Of a stretch of DNA of 24,990 bases, positions 20,565-24,990 are shown piece after piece. The notes below the pieces were generated by a model. That model had not been told where the DNA came from and did not search any database. It saw nothing but the letters and a program-made list of their open reading frames with translations. The position numbers were made by a program, and so were the translations under genes. The stretch comes from a virus (taxonomy: Duplodnaviria > Caudoviricetes). Location: IMG/VR virus record IMGVR_UViG_3300037584_003815, positions 1 to 24,990 of that record; one strand, given 5' to 3'. Within the stretch, counting starts at the first letter, position 1. The number at the start of each line of letters is the position of its first letter.

Positions 20565-21089
20565 ATGGCTTTCAACTGTCCCTGTTGCAATAAAACCAAA
20601 CCATCTGATGCCTTTGTCATGTCAGAAATGGGGTTCCCTCTCGTTTCAGTATGTAATGAGTGTTCTGATGAGCATTTGATTGAGATCATTGACTGCACAT
20701 GTTCTGTATGTAAGAGGAAATTACCTTCTACATATTTTCAACACTATCGCACTCGTTTCAAAAGAAATGGAATGAGATTGAGAGTTAATACTAATTGTAG
20801 AGATTGTTCTCGAAAAGAATCTGCTATTCTATCGAAGATAAAGAAAGATAATCCACCTCCAGATTACTTGACACCTTGCACACAATGTGGTAAGGTTGTT
20901 TATGAGAAAGTAGAGGATATTCCAGAGGGTGTCGATGGTACTAATGGCCCATGGCAATGTGACCATGACCACAAATCTAAGACCTTTAGAGGATATTTGT
21001 GTAAGAGATGTAATACTGGTACTGGTCTTATTGGTGATAACCTTGAATACTTCACAAACGCTGTAAAGAGAAAAGCATTACATGAATGA
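20565..21089 (+). CDS. Endonuclease VII-family (His-Me finger) nuclease with extra zinc ribbons
   Basis: CTQC...DHDH...FRGYLCKRCNTG-x-G-x-x-GD signature; six CxxC motifs in total (CPCC, CNEC, CSVC, CRDC, CTQC, CKRC). Confidence 0.85.
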   Translation: MAFNCPCCNKTKPSDAFVMSEMGFPLVSVCNECSDEHLIEIIDCTCSVCKRKLPSTYFQHYRTRFKRNGMRLRVNTNCRDCSRKESAILSKIKKDNPPPDYLTPCTQCGKVVYEKVEDIPEGVDGTNGPWQCDHDHKSKTFRGYLCKRCNTGTGLIGDNLEYFTNAVKRKALHE

Positions 21090-21918
21090 GATAATTACAT
21101 CTGATAATATATCTTATCTCAAAACATTACCTGATGAGTGCATTGATATGGTGGTTACATCTCCACCTTATGATGCACTAAGAGATTACAATGGTTATAC
21201 TTTGGATCTGCATGGATTGGGTGAGCAGTTGTTGAGAGTTTTAAGGGATGGTGGAATATGTGTAATGGTAATACAGGACTCTACTAAAGATTTTGCTAAG
21301 TCACTTACATCATTCAGAACTATTATTGATTGGTGTGATAATATTGGTTTTAGGTTATTTGAATGTAATATCTACAACAGGCAAGGCACAGAAGGTGCAT
21401 GGTGGAAGAAAAGATTTAGAGTAGACCATGAATATATGCCCATATTCTTGAAAGGTAGAAGACCACAATATTTTGATAAGGAGAATATAAAGATACCATC
21501 AAAGCATGGTGGAAAGGTAATGACAGGTGCAAATATTAGGACTAAGAGTGGTAGAACAGGTTCTCGTAAAGTTAAGATTAATCCTACCAAATGTCCAGGC
21601 ACAGTAATGACTTTCGGCAATACTTGTGGTGGTGAAAGTAAATTAAAGAGTAAACATCCAGCAGTATTTCCTAACATGTTGGCATACGATATGATTGAAT
21701 GTTTTTGTCCTAAAGATGGTGTGGTTCTTGATCCGTTCAATGGGAGTGGTACTACTACGTTAGCAGCAAAATGTTTAGGTAGAAATTATATTGGTATAGA
21801 TGTATCTGAAGAATATAATCAAATTGCTAGGCAGAGAATGGAGACAGAAGTTATTCATAGAAAGACAGATGTAACATTGTCACAAGCACCTTCCAATCCA
21901 TTGAGTGATCTGCTATAA
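21082..21918 (+). CDS. Beta-class amino DNA methyltransferase (N4-C/N6-A; SPPY suggests N4-cytosine)
   Basis: Motif IV TSPPY near the N-terminus, HPAVFP, motif I VLDPFNGSGTT, and GRNYIGID. Confidence 0.93.
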   Translation: MNEIITSDNISYLKTLPDECIDMVVTSPPYDALRDYNGYTLDLHGLGEQLLRVLRDGGICVMVIQDSTKDFAKSLTSFRTIIDWCDNIGFRLFECNIYNRQGTEGAWWKKRFRVDHEYMPIFLKGRRPQYFDKENIKIPSKHGGKVMTGANIRTKSGRTGSRKVKINPTKCPGTVMTFGNTCGGESKLKSKHPAVFPNMLAYDMIECFCPKDGVVLDPFNGSGTTTLAAKCLGRNYIGIDVSEEYNQIARQRMETEVIHRKTDVTLSQAPSNPLSDLL

Positions 21919-21919
21919 T
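21864..21919 (+). promoter_or_regulatory. Putative early promoter: CAG-N9-TGTCACA box plus extended -10 TGCTATAAT
   Basis: GACAGATGTAACATTGTCACA (21864-21884) and TGCTATAAT (21911-21919), 21 nt before the helicase ATG. Confidence 0.65.
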
Positions 21920-21940
21920 AAGTTCATCTGAAAAACACTG

Positions 21941-23095
21941 ATGCCATTACGTCCACACCAAACTGATGCTCTGGATGCTATGGCAAAGTATGACAAGGGG
22001 CAAATCATCGTTCCTACAGGCGGTGGTAAAACTATGTGTATGATTGAGGATGCCAAGAGAGGAGGTACTATTGTTGTAGTTGCTCCTCGTATTCTATTGG
22101 CAGAACAGTTATCATCCGAGTTCCTTGAGGTTCTTGATGATGTATCTGTGATGCACGTTCATAGTGGTGAGACACCACACTATTCTTCAACCAAAGTTGA
22201 GGATATTTACTTTTGGCACAAGTACACAAGAGGAAATAAGATTATATTTACTACCTATCATTCACTTGATAAGGTCAAAAGATCTACGATTGATGTAGAT
22301 ACAATTTACTTTGATGAGGCACATAATAGTGTTCAACGAAACTTTTTCCCTGCTGTTAGACATTTTGCAACTGATTGGGCTAACAGGTGCTTTTTCTTTA
22401 CTGCTACTCCTAAGCATAGTGCTACTGTCCAAAAAGCTGGAATGAATGACAGTAAGGTGTATGGTCAGGTAATTGTTAATGTACCAGCACCTAAGTTAGT
22501 TAAAGAAGGATATATCCTACCACCTAAAGTTGAGGTGTATAAGAGTCGTTTACTAAGAAAGGATGAGATCTATTCTGAGGTAGAGTCAGAACACATGATT
22601 AGTGCTATTGATAAATTGGAGGTAGACAAGATTCTTATCTGTGCAAAATCTACCAAACAGATTACTAATCTTTTATATGCCTCTAAGTTTCAGGATGAAC
22701 TTGCTTGGCGTGGTTATTCATGGATGACTATTACATCAAAGACAGGTGCTATTATTGATGGTGAGAAGGTAGGTAGAGATGAGTTCTTTAATGTTCTCAA
22801 TGCGTGGGGTAAGGATGATGATAAGAAGTTTGTAGTATTACATCACAGCATATTGGCAGAAGGAATCAATGTCAAGGGTCTTGAGGCAGCAGTGTTTATG
22901 CGTAATATGGATTATATCACTATCAGTCAAACGATTGGTAGAGTGATCCGATTGGGTAACTGTCACAAGACACATGGTAAGGTATGTGTCCCAGTGTATA
23001 ATAATGTTGGAGTCAGCACCGCACGTAAAGTCGAGGCAGTTGTTGACACCGTATTCAACAGGGGTGAACCCGCTATTTCTGTTATCACAAGATGA
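21941..23095 (+). CDS. Superfamily 2 DEAH-box helicase (ResIII-like core)
   Basis: LRPHQ Q-motif, PTGGGKT, DEAH, FTATP, LAEGINV and QTIGRVIR. Confidence 0.92.
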   Translation: MPLRPHQTDALDAMAKYDKGQIIVPTGGGKTMCMIEDAKRGGTIVVVAPRILLAEQLSSEFLEVLDDVSVMHVHSGETPHYSSTKVEDIYFWHKYTRGNKIIFTTYHSLDKVKRSTIDVDTIYFDEAHNSVQRNFFPAVRHFATDWANRCFFFTATPKHSATVQKAGMNDSKVYGQVIVNVPAPKLVKEGYILPPKVEVYKSRLLRKDEIYSEVESEHMISAIDKLEVDKILICAKSTKQITNLLYASKFQDELAWRGYSWMTITSKTGAIIDGEKVGRDEFFNVLNAWGKDDDKKFVVLHHSILAEGINVKGLEAAVFMRNMDYITISQTIGRVIRLGNCHKTHGKVCVPVYNNVGVSTARKVEAVVDTVFNRGEPAISVITR

Positions 23096-23610
23096 TTGAT
23101 TTTAAAACTTTCCAATTAGATCGTTTATCTAAACTTCTATATGCAATTAGAGGTTATACTGATAACAATCTACGCTTTCCAAAAGCAGGTGAAATGGTTG
23201 AAAAAGCACTTGCTGAGTATAGTAATGATTTACTTGAAAGAGTAAATTTACCTGGTATTGACTTGGTTACTAAGGATAAAATTTCCTATGAGTCAAAAGT
23301 AACACAATTCAAAAACAAATCAGGCATTGCAGTTAGAGGTTTGATTATTAAAAACCGTAGAGCAGCAAAAGATTATGATGACAAACTTGCTGATTACTTT
23401 ATCATATCTGATGTGAAGAGTGGTAAGGCATGTTGTGTATCATCTGATAAACTCTACAACTTTAAAGATACTGGTGCAGTATATACAGCATCATGTGATC
23501 CTGATCCTGCAGATTTTTTCCTAACAGGTTATAATGACTTAAATGAGTCAAGAGATTATTTTGAGGAATCAGAAGATTATGATCTACAGTTCATTAAATC
23601 CATTAATTAA
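23092..23610 (+). CDS. Hypothetical protein, candidate PD-(D/E)XK nuclease
   Basis: GEMVE helix, then PGID-x9-ESK. ATGA overlap with the helicase. Confidence 0.55.
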   Translation: MIDFKTFQLDRLSKLLYAIRGYTDNNLRFPKAGEMVEKALAEYSNDLLERVNLPGIDLVTKDKISYESKVTQFKNKSGIAVRGLIIKNRRAAKDYDDKLADYFIISDVKSGKACCVSSDKLYNFKDTGAVYTASCDPDPADFFLTGYNDLNESRDYFEESEDYDLQFIKSIN

Positions 23611-23615
23611 TCATT

Positions 23616-23903
23616 ATGAAGTACAACGCTGACATCGTTAAAGGGTGGATTCAATTCCAAATTGCCAAACCAGAGGGTGACACTACTAAAGTACAATCTT
23701 GGTATAAATATGCAAAATCAACCTCATATTGGGATCTATCTCAAGGAGATGCAATGCCATTTTGCCGACTTGCTAAAATTGCAGGGCAAAGAATTAATGA
23801 GGAGTATGGTGGTAATGATATAATAAAGTTACATTTTCCTGGAATTTATCTTCATTCAAAACAAAAATGGGAAAGAACAGGTTACAGTAAAATCACAGGT
23901 TAA
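23616..23903 (+). CDS. Hypothetical protein (95 aa)
   Basis: Tightly packed ORF with 5-nt gaps on both sides; no recognised motif. Confidence 0.65.
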   Translation: MKYNADIVKGWIQFQIAKPEGDTTKVQSWYKYAKSTSYWDLSQGDAMPFCRLAKIAGQRINEEYGGNDIIKLHFPGIYLHSKQKWERTGYSKITG

Positions 23904-23908
23904 TTATT

Positions 23909-24406
23909 ATGGAAACTATTATCATTGAAGGTATTGAACTTCGTGTTCTAAAAAGATTTGGATTAGTAATACCTGATTACTATGTGAGTAAATGTGGTAA
24001 GATATGGAGTTCAAAGACAAACAAATGGAAGGCAGTATTTGAAAACTGGAGACAGAAGAAAGGTGTTGGAAAACCAAAGTGTTATGATTTTAGTGTTACA
24101 ACTCTAGCACAACCATTTCGTGACTTAGGTATGAAATATACAAAAAAGACCTCTACCAGAGACACAGCAGAGTTTAGAGTTAAACTTCATCAAGCAGTAA
24201 AAACTGTATGGCATCCTCTTGAAGATTATTCTCACGAAATAGGAATAACAAGAGAGCAATGGGATCAAGCACCTCAACCATTTAAACAACTTGCATACGA
24301 TACTGTTTTAATAGATCATATTGATGATGACATATCAAATAACAGTTTAGATAACTTACAGTATTCTACACCATTAAGAAACTCAAATTATAGGAAGAAG
24401 TGGTAA
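23909..24406 (+). CDS. HNH endonuclease-like protein (NUMOD4/HNH type)
   Basis: YYVSKCGKIWS N-terminal motif; LHQAV; IDHIDDDISNNSLDNLQYST-x-x-x-N. Confidence 0.8.
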   Translation: METIIIEGIELRVLKRFGLVIPDYYVSKCGKIWSSKTNKWKAVFENWRQKKGVGKPKCYDFSVTTLAQPFRDLGMKYTKKTSTRDTAEFRVKLHQAVKTVWHPLEDYSHEIGITREQWDQAPQPFKQLAYDTVLIDHIDDDISNNSLDNLQYSTPLRNSNYRKKW

Positions 24407-24852
24407 TGACTGTAAAAGGAACAAAAAGTAGAAACTTTAATCCTATTGGTATATTTGATTGGTGTACCAGTAGAGATCAAGTTGTTGACTATTCTATCAT
24501 TAAAGCACAAGAAGTCTTTATTAAAATGGGTTATAGAGTATTCGTGCCAAATAATCCTGATACAGGTGGGGATGGTGATTTTATTGTTGAGAAATACCCA
24601 GAAGTATCAATAGTATCTTGTAAGTCAACAACTCAAACAACCAGAGCAAAAAATCCAAAACCAGAGATTAATATTAGAACAAATAGTAAAGCAAAGAATA
24701 ATTATGGTAAGGTGTGTACTCCTGATAACTATCATTATATGATAGGAATATCACATCTTGGAACATATTGTATATGGAATAAGGCAGATTTAATGTTTAC
24801 TAAAAGTACGGTTTCTTTTGGCAGTAAAAATGGAGAAGTAGGATTATTATGA
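24406..24852 (+). CDS. Hypothetical protein, candidate PD-(D/E)XK-fold nuclease
   Basis: ATG 24406 overlaps the upstream TAA, preferred over GTG 24400. F-x-x-x-GY-x-V-x-x-P...DFIV...VSCK layout resembles PD-(D/E)XK homing/Hjc-like nucleases, but with S in place of E/Q. Confidence 0.5.
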   Translation: MTVKGTKSRNFNPIGIFDWCTSRDQVVDYSIIKAQEVFIKMGYRVFVPNNPDTGGDGDFIVEKYPEVSIVSCKSTTQTTRAKNPKPEINIRTNSKAKNNYGKVCTPDNYHYMIGISHLGTYCIWNKADLMFTKSTVSFGSKNGEVGLL

Positions 24853-24990
24853 GAGACACTATTTTATTTGGAGATTGTAGAGATACACTCAAACAGTTTG
24901 ATGAGAAGGCAAGGATGTGTGTTACATCCCCACCTTACTATGGATTGAGAGATTATGGTGGAGAAGATTCACAGATAGGACAAGAGCAAA
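24849..24990 (+). CDS. Second beta-class DNA methyltransferase, 3'-truncated by the window edge (absent from the ORF track)
   Basis: ATG 24849 (ATGA overlap) reads MRDTILFGDCRDTLKQFDEKARMCVTSPPYYGLRDYGGEDSQIGQEQ, with GDC motif X and TSPPY motif IV. Confidence 0.9.
   Translation, partial: MRDTILFGDCRDTLKQFDEKARMCVTSPPYYGLRDYGGEDSQIGQEQ

Noticed and set aside
13182-21740. Minus-strand and alternative-frame ORFs inside the large structural genes and MTase (e.g. 13773..14099, 14775..15203, 18422..18730, 21372..21740)
   Set aside because: Fully nested in well-supported genes and lacking recognisable motifs.
21941-23095. Calling the helicase uvsW
   Set aside because: Lacks an N-terminal extension and sits among nucleases/MTases behind an early-type promoter; only a generic SF2 call is supportable.

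Overview
AT-rich, gene-dense phage DNA with every credible gene on the + strand. Protein families and NTAAATA late promoters point to a T4-like marine cyanomyovirus (inference). 1-20421 is a late tail-fibre/receptor-binding cluster. It holds two paralogous beta-helix-type virion proteins (one ending in an S74 autocleaving chaperone), two collagen-like fibres each followed by a tail-assembly chaperone, a prolyl-4-hydroxylase-like 2OG-Fe(II) oxygenase, a GIGT-repeat fibre and a gp38-like polyglycine adhesin. After a structured intergenic region (20422-20564) comes an apparently early DNA-conflict island: EndoVII-like nuclease, SPPY DNA methyltransferase, SF2 helicase, two candidate PD-(D/E)XK proteins, an HNH protein and a second, truncated methyltransferase. 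Best leads: (i) a collagen fibre with an inserted cupredoxin-like domain keeping all four type-1 copper ligands plus His-x-His tip motifs, encoded beside a Cys4 protein and a P4H-like enzyme; (ii) the nuclease/methylase/helicase island behind a repeated early-promoter motif. All calls come from reading motifs by eye; no searches were run.
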